A stretch of DNA of 17,568 nt from Planctomycetota bacterium (GTDB taxonomy: Bacteria; Planctomycetota; SZUA-567; H5-PLA8): NCBI GenBank assembly GCA_038227875.1, contig JBBRPR010000101.1:1-17568 (forward strand), written 5' to 3'. Below are positions 7,390-14,913 of the stretch, piece after piece. Position numbers and translations under genes: made by a program. The notes under the pieces are model-generated. The model searched no databases and was not told the origin of the DNA. It saw only the letters and a program-made list of their open reading frames with translations. Position 1 is the first letter of the stretch; every line of letters begins with the position of its first letter.

Positions 7390-8876
7390 GCGCGCCCTGG
7401 GAGATACTGGGCCTGACGCCGTCCTGCACGGAGAAAGAACTGCGGGAGGCCTACGCACGCCTGCTGAAGCTGCATCGTCCGGACCGCGACCCGGAGGGAT
7501 TCCGGCGCGTGCGCGACGCCTATGAATTCATGCGTCATGTTTGTGCGCGAAACGCGAACGCCGAGGCCGGGCAGTCCAGTCAGACTACTCCAAAGGTGAG
7601 TCAGGAAGAGACGCAGCCTGTTTCGGCTCCCGTGGAATTCCGTTCGGATGCCAACGCAAACGCGGATGGCGATCCGGACGACGCTGACGATGTCTCAACG
7701 CTGGACGGGCCTGCGCCGGCATTCGGGACCGCGGAAACTGATCAAGTCATCAATCCCGGCGCACCGCCTGAAAATGTGCGCCCGAAGCGGACGTTGCAGC
7801 AGCGCGTGGCGCGGCGACTAAAAAAGGCGTTCCTCGCTGGAGACGAAACCGACAAACGACGAATTATCCGCAAGCTCGTTAAATTCTGGCGCGCCAACGC
7901 CACGGAGACGGGATGGGATCAGTTAGTCGTCGATCAACTGGAGCGCAATCCCGATGCAATTTTGCCGCATCTGGGGCCGTCGGATGCCGTGCTGGACACC
8001 AGCCGCGAGAGCATGCAGGTGGCGTCCGCGCTGCTCTTGACACGCGCGCGGCGCGGAGAATGGCCGGACGTCACGAAAATTCTGGATGCGTTGATGCAGC
8101 GTCTGAAGGAACATCCCGGCCCGGCTGTGAGCGGGACCTTGCTGCTGGGTGCCCGCCTGATCGGGCTGCTGTACTGGAAGAAGGGCCAGGAGATTGCCAA
8201 CGCTGTCTACCCGCACCTGTCGGAGCGTGATCGGCAATTCGGGTTTGGCCAACTGGATATGCTGTTGCAGGCTGGCAAAGAAATTGTGTTGCTGAATGAA
8301 CGCGACCGCTCACTGTTTGCGCGAACGTTGGCCGGAGCACCGGTCAATCCCGACGACCCGGCGACCCAAATGGCGATTCGCAATGTCTCAACTATGGCCG
8401 CGCCGACCGCCAAGACGTGCCTGCGCGATTACTTTCCGACCTTCGCCGCGAAATTGAAAGTGCACAAAAACTCGCCTGCGCGGCGTCCCGTTGGCGCTGG
8501 CGCGTCCAGCTCGAAATCCGGCGGAGGCTTCGGGATCATCGCGATGGCAGTGATTCTGACGTTGCGTCTCATCGGCGGCTGCGCGAGCCACGAGGCCTCA
8601 TCGTCCGTCAAGACTCTTCCGACATTTACGAAGTCGGACTATGAAGAATGGCGGAAGGCGGCTGCCCGCCAACAATATCACACGCCTGAGACGCCAGATG
8701 ACGTGGTGAAAATTCTGAATCAAGGAAATCGCAACCCAGCGGATCCGAACGCGCTGCCGAAGGTCGAAAGTCAGTCTCCGGATCCGAACGCAGCAAAAGT
8801 ACGGTCGAGTCCGCCTGAGTTGGGGCCAGCGCCGCCACCCAGAGAGGAAAGTTCCCCGGATCAGCAGGCGCGCTAA
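7386..8876 (+). CDS. Membrane-anchored J-domain co-chaperone, DjlB/DjlC-like (496 aa)
   Basis: The GTG at 7386 overlaps the hscC TGA (GTGA), with GAGG upstream. N-terminal J domain PWEILGL...ELREAYARLLKLHRPDRDPEGFRRVRDAYE, then an acidic linker, a helical middle region, the hydrophobic segment FGIIAMAVILTLRLIGGC (8529-8582) and a Pro-rich tail. Confidence 0.88.
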   Translation: MSAPWEILGLTPSCTEKELREAYARLLKLHRPDRDPEGFRRVRDAYEFMRHVCARNANAEAGQSSQTTPKVSQEETQPVSAPVEFRSDANANADGDPDDADDVSTLDGPAPAFGTAETDQVINPGAPPENVRPKRTLQQRVARRLKKAFLAGDETDKRRIIRKLVKFWRANATETGWDQLVVDQLERNPDAILPHLGPSDAVLDTSRESMQVASALLLTRARRGEWPDVTKILDALMQRLKEHPGPAVSGTLLLGARLIGLLYWKKGQEIANAVYPHLSERDRQFGFGQLDMLLQAGKEIVLLNERDRSLFARTLAGAPVNPDDPATQMAIRNVSTMAAPTAKTCLRDYFPTFAAKLKVHKNSPARRPVGAGASSSKSGGGFGIIAMAVILTLRLIGGCASHEASSSVKTLPTFTKSDYEEWRKAAARQQYHTPETPDDVVKILNQGNRNPADPNALPKVESQSPDPNAAKVRSSPPELGPAPPPREESSPDQQAR

Positions 8877-9718
8877 TTTCGTGCGTGCAACTTCCGGAAA
8901 TCGCGTGGCGAAATGCCTTCGCGTGCGCGGAACTGTTTTGAGAAGTGGAACGGGTCTTCGAAGCCGGCAGCGGCGGCGACGCGATGTATGGGTTGCTGCG
9001 TCAGCGCCAGCAGTTGCTTGGCATGACCCAGCTTCTCGCCAAAAATGTACTCCTTCAGCGTGTAGCCGGTTTCAATTTTGAATCGCCGGCGCAGCGTCGA
9101 ATACCCCGTGTGCAGCCGCTCGGCCAGGCTTTCAGGATCGAGCCCGCGCACAGCTTCCTGGCGAATGATGCGGATGGCTTGCGCGCTGAGCGTTACGTCG
9201 TCTTCCGAATTTCCAGTCTCGCGCAGCAATCCGCTCGACAGACCATGCAGCGTCACGATCAGTTGCGCCGTCAACGTGGCGGCCATCGGCACGGCCAGCG
9301 GTCCACTGCGGATGAACGTTTCTTCCAGGCGCGTGAAGAGGGTGCCGACTGCCGAGGCCTCGCCGATGGCAATCACCGGCCGCTGGCGCGCGAGAAAGCC
9401 GGCGTGTTCGAAGGCTTCCGCCTGCGCGCCGCCGAAGAGCGCCCATTGTTCCGTCCACTTTTCTGACCCGGTTCCCGTATCGTAACTGTGCGCTTCGCCG
9501 GGAAAGAGCCAGAGCATCGTGCCCGGACCGACGCGCTGGCGGACACAGTGCTTGCTTTCAAACCAGCCTGATCCCGCGGAAATCCAGACCGCGCCGTAAC
9601 TCGCCAGTTTCCGATCGGATACCAATCCGGCCGCGACGCGCCCACGGTGGAAGCCCACGGCAGAGACCCACAGACCCAACTCGCGATGCGCGACGCTGGG
9701 GTCCTCGTACAGGTCCAT
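8873..9718 (-). CDS. AraC family transcriptional regulator (cupin sensor plus double HTH)
   Basis: N-terminal GSGWFES..VGPGTMLWLFPGEAHSY..WTEQWALF. C-terminal LAERLHTGYSTLRRRFK..G..AKQLL..IHRVAAAAGFEDPFHFSKQFRAREGISPRDFR. The start is uncertain (ATG 9718, GTG 9727 or ATG 9781). The stop overlaps the J-protein stop. Confidence 0.93.
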   Translation of the reverse strand: MDLYEDPSVAHRELGLWVSAVGFHRGRVAAGLVSDRKLASYGAVWISAGSGWFESKHCVRQRVGPGTMLWLFPGEAHSYDTGTGSEKWTEQWALFGGAQAEAFEHAGFLARQRPVIAIGEASAVGTLFTRLEETFIRSGPLAVPMAATLTAQLIVTLHGLSSGLLRETGNSEDDVTLSAQAIRIIRQEAVRGLDPESLAERLHTGYSTLRRRFKIETGYTLKEYIFGEKLGHAKQLLALTQQPIHRVAAAAGFEDPFHFSKQFRAREGISPRDFRKLHARN

Positions 9719-9779
9719 ACGTGTGACCGCCGGTTCGGCGTCGCAGAGCGGTTTGCAGCGGGATCGATCGAATCGTTTC

Positions 9780-9890
9780 ATTGAGCAGAATTTCCATGTT
9801 TATGAGCAGCGTGGCTATGTTCGCGGCGCATAGCTATTGATAAAGTTATTACAGTGAACAACGTTACCGATTGAGCAGAAATTACAAGGA
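9780..9890 (+). promoter_or_regulatory. AraC-type tandem operator and promoter of the dioxygenase
   Basis: TGAGCAG-N7-ATGTT at 9782-9800 and 9803-9821 (period 21). Candidate -10 TAAAGT at 9841-9846. A third copy ATTGAGCAGAA at 9870-9880 is identical to 9780-9790 and runs into the AAGGAG RBS. Confidence 0.7.
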
Positions 9891-9896
9891 GCTAAA

Positions 9897-10790
9897 ATGG
9901 CAGCAACGAGTGCGAAGCGAATGTTGTCCGCTCAGAGCGGGTTGGGCACGCTGCGGGATTCATCCTGTTTGCTCCGCGATCCGTCCGCGTTGCGGGCGCG
10001 AATGAGTGAGGACGGGTATCTTTTTCTGCACGGGTTGCAGCGGCGGCAGACGGTTCAGACGGCGCGCGACACGGTAATCGCGTATTTGGATTCCTGCAAT
10101 TATCTCGACCGGAGCTTTCCGTTGAGCGATGCGATCCTCGCGCCGGAGCACCCCGGTGGCGTGTACTTGGGCGGTCGGACGCAGATTACGCATCAGCCGG
10201 AATTGCTTGCGCTGTTGGAGTCGCCGGAGGTCATGGCGTTCTTCGAACAGTTTCTCGGGACCTCGCCACTGACGATTGACTACAAGTGGCTGCGCGGGCA
10301 GGGCGCGGGGGCCACGGATCCTCACTACGACGTCGTCTACATGGGCCGCGGCTCGCCCAATCTATACACGTGCTGGACGGCTTTGGGTGACATCGCGTTG
10401 GAGCAGGGACCCCTCGCCGTGTTGAAGGGATCTCACAATCTCGACAGTTATCGCCGCGTGCGGGAAACGTATGGCAAAGCCGATGTCGACCGCGATAACA
10501 TCAGTTCGTTTTTCTCGCACGATCCCGCGGAAATCGTCGAACAGTACGGCGGCGAATGGCTGACCAGCGATTTCCAGATGGGCGATGTGCTGATCTTCAC
10601 CATGCTGACCATGCACGCCTCACTGGAAAATCAGACCCGTGTCGCGCGCTTGAGCTGCGACACGCGCTTCCAACCGGCCAACGAACCCCTCGACGAACGC
10701 TGGACCGGCCGCGAACCCGCTGGAAATTACGCATGGAGGAAGACGCCAGTGGTGCCCACCGCGGAATCGCGGAAGCAATGGGGCGTGTAG
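9897..10790 (+). CDS. Phytanoyl-CoA dioxygenase (PhyH) family Fe(II)/2-oxoglutarate dioxygenase (297 aa)
   Basis: AAGGAG RBS; EDGYLFLHGL; HxD in TDPHYDVVYMGRG; TCWTALGDI..EQGPLAVLKGSH; distal His and Arg in GDVLIF..TMHAS..N...RLSCDTRFQ. Confidence 0.93.
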   Translation: MAATSAKRMLSAQSGLGTLRDSSCLLRDPSALRARMSEDGYLFLHGLQRRQTVQTARDTVIAYLDSCNYLDRSFPLSDAILAPEHPGGVYLGGRTQITHQPELLALLESPEVMAFFEQFLGTSPLTIDYKWLRGQGAGATDPHYDVVYMGRGSPNLYTCWTALGDIALEQGPLAVLKGSHNLDSYRRVRETYGKADVDRDNISSFFSHDPAEIVEQYGGEWLTSDFQMGDVLIFTMLTMHASLENQTRVARLSCDTRFQPANEPLDERWTGREPAGNYAWRKTPVVPTAESRKQWGV

Positions 10791-10801
10791 ATAAGCAATT
10801 T

Positions 10802-10829
10802 TTGACTTAGCGGGCGCTCCTGCTATTCT
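10802..10829 (+). promoter_or_regulatory. Sigma70-type promoter for the secreted-protein gene
   Basis: TTGACT (10802-10807), 16-bp spacer, TATTCT (10824-10829), with extended -10 TG at 10821-10822. Confidence 0.6.
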
Positions 10830-10881
10830 TCCTCGATACTGCCACGTTAAATGGGGTGGCCAATCGCTCGGAGAATTGACT

Positions 10882-11427
10882 ATGGATTGCCGACGTATCG
10901 GGGCTGTTCTCATTGCACTGTTTGCCGTAGCCAACGTCCACGCAGAGAGCGCCCGCGATACGGTGCCAGGGCGCACGGATAGCACAAATCAGCCCTTCGG
11001 TTTTCGGGTGAAAGGCACTGCGCCAACCCTGGTCAAGGGCTTTCCGGATCTGACCCCGGTGCTCGGACTGCTTCCGGTCGACCAACGAAAGCGGCCGACG
11101 CTCGTGGGGCTCAGCACCATGACGGTCACGTTCGACAACAGTTTCTCGTTCACGTCAAATGTGGACTCGCATGGAAAGGTGATCGGCCAGTTCAAAGGCA
11201 TCCTGCGTGGCGATGGTCACTTCAGCGTCCAGATCGCCAACTTCGATGTCATCGGAATTCTCAAGGTCAGCACGCAGACGGATGGCCTGTTTCAGACGCC
11301 GCCCATTCCCATTCAGCTCTCGTTTACCGACGCGCAGGCCAATTCCACTGTCTTGCTCAATAAGCCAGACTTGACCATTACCTACAAAGTCAAACACGGC
11401 ACGGCGGTCGCCACCGCCGCGCGCTAA
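10882..11427 (+). CDS. Hypothetical secreted beta-rich protein (181 aa)
   Basis: GGAGA RBS 7 nt before ATG 10882; signal peptide MDCRRIGAVLIALFAVANVHA|ES; alternating hydrophobic/polar strands; fills the gap between its neighbours. No family recognised. Confidence 0.8.
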   Translation: MDCRRIGAVLIALFAVANVHAESARDTVPGRTDSTNQPFGFRVKGTAPTLVKGFPDLTPVLGLLPVDQRKRPTLVGLSTMTVTFDNSFSFTSNVDSHGKVIGQFKGILRGDGHFSVQIANFDVIGILKVSTQTDGLFQTPPIPIQLSFTDAQANSTVLLNKPDLTITYKVKHGTAVATAAR

Positions 11428-11476
11428 TTGCGCGGATCGTGTATACTCCACCGATCCTTCGGTTCGGAGTAACGTA

Positions 11477-12811
11477 ATGGCGCGAGCGCGCTGGCAGATT
11501 TTCTTTGGCACTCTCCTGCTGCTTGCGGTCGTGTTCAAAGGTATCGGCGGGTACATGGATCTGTACCAGTACCTCCAGGACGCCGAGCATCTGTGGACGC
11601 GCGGCACGATGAAATTGACGGCAGAGGAAGTCGGGAACGCGCCGAACGCGGCGTACCACCGGTTTGCTCCCGGACTGGCGGTGATCTCCGGACCCGTCGT
11701 GCTGCTTGGTGTCGCACTGCATTACTTGAATTCCAGCATTTCCATCCAAGGCGTGACCACGGTGGTGATTCCGCTGGCCGGCGCGCTTGCGGCCGTGTTG
11801 CTCTTTGAGATTTCAGTTCACCTTGGCGCAGCGCGGCGCGATGCGTTGTGGGGCGTGGCGATTTTGGTCTTCGGCAGTCCGTTCCTCTCATATTCGCGCA
11901 TGTTTTATACGGAGATCGTGATCATCGCGTGCCTGTATTTGGCGGTCTGGGCCTGGCTTCGCGCGCAGGAACTCGCGCCCCAACCGGCCTGGGGCTATTG
12001 GGCGGTCGCCGGCCTTGCGCTTGGCGCGGTCATGGCCTGCCATTACATCACGGTGATGACCGTTGTGGGGCTCGTGGCCGCTTGGGGTGGCGCGGAGTTG
12101 CTTATGCCGGCGCGAGAAACTCCTCTCAGCACGCGCGTGCAGCGGATCGTAGTGTTCCTTCTGCCCATCGTCGCCGTCGGAGTTGCGTTACTCACGCAAA
12201 ATTACCTTCGCTACGGCAGGCCGTTTACTACGGGATACAATCTGGACTACGGACAGCGTACGATTTTCAGCATCAGCGCGATCCCCGATAATCTGGGCGT
12301 GTTGGCACTGCTGGTTCGGCGCACGCCGTGGGTTGTCGTTGCGCTTGCGGCCGGCTGGGTGTTGCGTCGTCGTTACCCGGTAATGGTGTGGAGCGTTCTG
12401 TTGGCGTGCGTGCTGCAACAGGCGGTGTGGTTGATCTTCGTGGAGTTCGATCGATTCGCCGTCCGCTACGATTTGCCGGACGTGGCGCTTCTGGCGCTGG
12501 CCCTTCCTGCCGTGGCTGCCAGTCTGCGCGCGCGATTTCCGAGCCGTGGACTGATTTATGCCACGATGGCATTGATTCTTTGGAATCTATTCTGGTTCTT
12601 GAAGTGCGACGACTGGTCTCCGCCGTTCCAAGTGCTGGAAGACGGCCGCGTCCACGCGTACCTGTGGTATCAATCCGGGCAGTACATGGATCCGATGGCG
12701 TGGATCGTCTTCTTCCTGCTGTTGATTACCGGATCGCTGTTCTTCCGCGCCGCGCTGCAGACATGCCGGAAGCTCGACGCAGAGCTCACGACAACTTCAC
12801 CAGTGCTTTGA
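11477..12811 (+). CDS. Polytopic membrane protein, probable GT-C fold (PMT/ArnT-like) glycosyltransferase (444 aa)
   Basis: GGAG RBS; roughly 10 or more hydrophobic helices; Asp in the first external loop (YMDLYQY); SPFLSYSRMFYTE; NYLRYGRPFTTGY; late RY motif (FAVRY). The family call is pattern-based. Confidence 0.7.
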   Translation: MARARWQIFFGTLLLLAVVFKGIGGYMDLYQYLQDAEHLWTRGTMKLTAEEVGNAPNAAYHRFAPGLAVISGPVVLLGVALHYLNSSISIQGVTTVVIPLAGALAAVLLFEISVHLGAARRDALWGVAILVFGSPFLSYSRMFYTEIVIIACLYLAVWAWLRAQELAPQPAWGYWAVAGLALGAVMACHYITVMTVVGLVAAWGGAELLMPARETPLSTRVQRIVVFLLPIVAVGVALLTQNYLRYGRPFTTGYNLDYGQRTIFSISAIPDNLGVLALLVRRTPWVVVALAAGWVLRRRYPVMVWSVLLACVLQQAVWLIFVEFDRFAVRYDLPDVALLALALPAVAASLRARFPSRGLIYATMALILWNLFWFLKCDDWSPPFQVLEDGRVHAYLWYQSGQYMDPMAWIVFFLLLITGSLFFRAALQTCRKLDAELTTTSPVL

Positions 12812-13811
12812 GTTCCTTGCGCTGCTGCACGGACGCGTAAGCCTCAGTGATCGTCGCGAGGGAATAGGGCGCTGATGTGTTCAGCCAATGTTGCGCCACG
12901 AGTTTTCCTTCACGCATGAACGCCAGCACCGCTTCATGAGTTTCGGCTTCGTCGTAGCCGCCGTTGTAATACGTGAATGTGCCGCGCGCGCGTGACGGAT
13001 TGAGCGACCACTTACCAAAGTCGTCCAGACCATAGTGGGCCACGACCGCGTTGGGTGCGGCGAACGGGAGCGCTTCGTCGAGGCTGTTCGCGCGCCCGAT
13101 GGCATCGATAATGAAGTCGAAACCGTGCGGAAAATCGCGTCGGATTTCGACAGCGACGTCGCTTTCGCGGTAGGAATAGTAGTGCGTTGCACCCACCGCA
13201 AGTCCTACTGCTTTGCGATCTGAACTTCCAATGACCGCGACGCCGGTGGCGCCGAGATTTCGCGCGTGTGCGGCGAAAGCTAAACCGTTTCCGCCTGAGC
13301 CAACGACGAGCAAGGACTTGCCCGCGTAAAGCCCCATGCGGCGGATGAAGCTGAGCGTCTCGCGCCACGTGATCATCATCGTTGCAGCGGCGGGACTGAT
13401 GTCCGGCGGAATGACTTCATTGACGCGGTACGCGTGCCAGAGTTCCGGCGCGTAGCCATCGGCCTTCATGGCGCGATGATCGCGTGCGATGCCGAATTCC
13501 GCAAAGCCGCCCCAGTTGCTCGCGAGACTTCCGCCTGCTGGAGACAAATTGCACACCCGCGACACAACGTCGCCGAGTCGAAAGTTACAAACTTTATTTC
13601 CGATGCGCTCGACTCGACCGACGCTTTCATGACCCAACAAAGTCGGATACTTGATGGGCCACGGAAATTGATTGTTGATGATGTGGAGATCCGTGCCGAC
13701 GCAGGTGGCGCCGAAGAGCTGACGGCAGAGGACGTCGTACGGACCGACCTGCGGCATTGGAATATCTTCGACGACCAGCTTGCCCGGTTCTCGAACGACG
13801 GCAGCTTTCAT
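12786..13811 (-). CDS. Zinc-binding dehydrogenase (MDR superfamily, 341 aa)
   Basis: MKAAVV..PGKLVVEDIPMP; TCVGTDLH; LGHESVGRV..IG..V..F.LGDVV; WGGFAEF; Rossmann VVGSGGNG; GFDFIIDAIG. The ATG overlaps the upstream TGA (TGATG). Confidence 0.93.
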   Translation of the reverse strand: MKAAVVREPGKLVVEDIPMPQVGPYDVLCRQLFGATCVGTDLHIINNQFPWPIKYPTLLGHESVGRVERIGNKVCNFRLGDVVSRVCNLSPAGGSLASNWGGFAEFGIARDHRAMKADGYAPELWHAYRVNEVIPPDISPAAATMMITWRETLSFIRRMGLYAGKSLLVVGSGGNGLAFAAHARNLGATGVAVIGSSDRKAVGLAVGATHYYSYRESDVAVEIRRDFPHGFDFIIDAIGRANSLDEALPFAAPNAVVAHYGLDDFGKWSLNPSRARGTFTYYNGGYDEAETHEAVLAFMREGKLVAQHWLNTSAPYSLATITEAYASVQQRKELKALVKLS

Positions 13812-14800
13812 CAGCGGGCTCCTCCAACGCGATTGTTGGTCTTGGAATGAAACGGAAGCCCGAACGGCTCTTCAAACGGCCGGAACGGCACGAGCGCGGC
13901 GATGGAGTCGAGCTTTTTCAGAATATCCGCGGGCAGCGGGCCCTTCTCGATTGCGGCGACGTTGGCGTCGACTTCCGTTGCGGAGCGTGAACCGGTCAGC
14001 ACGCACGAAATGTCGGGATTGGAGATGATGAAACGCAGCGCGAGCTCCGGAAGCGGAATCTTGATTTCGTCCAGGAAAGCATAGAGCGCTTTGAATTGCT
14101 TGCGGCGCGGAAGACTGAGCCACGGCGCGCCATCGTTGACTTCCGTGTCGTAACGGCGCGCCAGCGCGCCCTGCTGTAAGGGCGACCCGATGACGATGCC
14201 CATGTTGTGCTTGCGTGCCAACGGCAGTACTTCGTGTTCAGCTTCACGCCAGAGCAGGCTGTAGTTGAACGCTGTCAGGACCACATCGAATTTTCCAGTC
14301 TCGATTAGGCGCGGCAGTTCGTATGCCGTGGTGCCGCCAATGCCGATGTGCGAGATCAGTCGCGATTTCTTGAGTTCGGCGAGGAAGTCGAGCACAGGAC
14401 CGGTGAAGTGGTCAAGGTCCGTCCACCAGTTGTACTGTCCCACCCGGTCGGGTTCATGAACCATGAGGACGTCGATGTGCTTGCGGCCGAGCAGGCGCAG
14501 ACTTTCCTCGAACGAAAGCAGCAGCGCGTCACGATTCCGGGGATCGAAAGGCTGGGGGCGGCCGCCGAGTTTTGTGGAGACGATCAGCGGTTGCTTGACG
14601 TCCTTGAGAATCTGCCCCAGCACTTCTTCGCTGTTTGCGTAGGTCGGCGCGGTGTCGATGTAGTTGATTCCGCAAGCCAATGCGCGCTGGACAGCGGCCT
14701 TCGCGCCCTCGAATTCGCCGCCGACTTTTGAGACAAACAAGCCGCCCAGCCCGACTTCACTGACCGACAATCCTGTTCTGCCCAAGGTTTTCTGTCGCAT
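13811..14800 (-). CDS. Aldo/keto reductase (329 aa)
   Basis: GGAGG RBS before ATG 14800; LGRTGLSVSEVGLGG; catalytic tetrad D/Y in IDTAPTY, K in VSTKLG, H in LMVHEPD; SPLQQGAL; LALRF; VLTGSRS..EV..N. Confidence 0.95.
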   Translation of the reverse strand: MRQKTLGRTGLSVSEVGLGGLFVSKVGGEFEGAKAAVQRALACGINYIDTAPTYANSEEVLGQILKDVKQPLIVSTKLGGRPQPFDPRNRDALLLSFEESLRLLGRKHIDVLMVHEPDRVGQYNWWTDLDHFTGPVLDFLAELKKSRLISHIGIGGTTAYELPRLIETGKFDVVLTAFNYSLLWREAEHEVLPLARKHNMGIVIGSPLQQGALARRYDTEVNDGAPWLSLPRRKQFKALYAFLDEIKIPLPELALRFIISNPDISCVLTGSRSATEVDANVAAIEKGPLPADILKKLDSIAALVPFRPFEEPFGLPFHSKTNNRVGGAR

Positions 14801-14816
14801 ACACCCTCCCATGCAG

Positions 14817-14905
14817 TAGCATCAATTTCAGTTCGTGATTAGGATACACCTGAAGTCAGCTGATACCTATAGGTGAGTTTTTAGAACACTAGCACGATTT
14901 TCGGA
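14817..14905 (-). promoter_or_regulatory. Candidate AraC-type operator repeats for the AKR-MDR operon
   Basis: Plus-strand TAGGTGAGTTTTTAGA (14870-14885) and TAGCACGATTTTCGGA (14890-14905), period 20. A third copy TAGCATCAATTTCAGT (14817-14832) matches the 14890 copy at 11/16. Candidate -10 TATCCT on the minus strand (14841-14846). Confidence 0.45.
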
Positions 14906-14913
14906 TTGATCCG

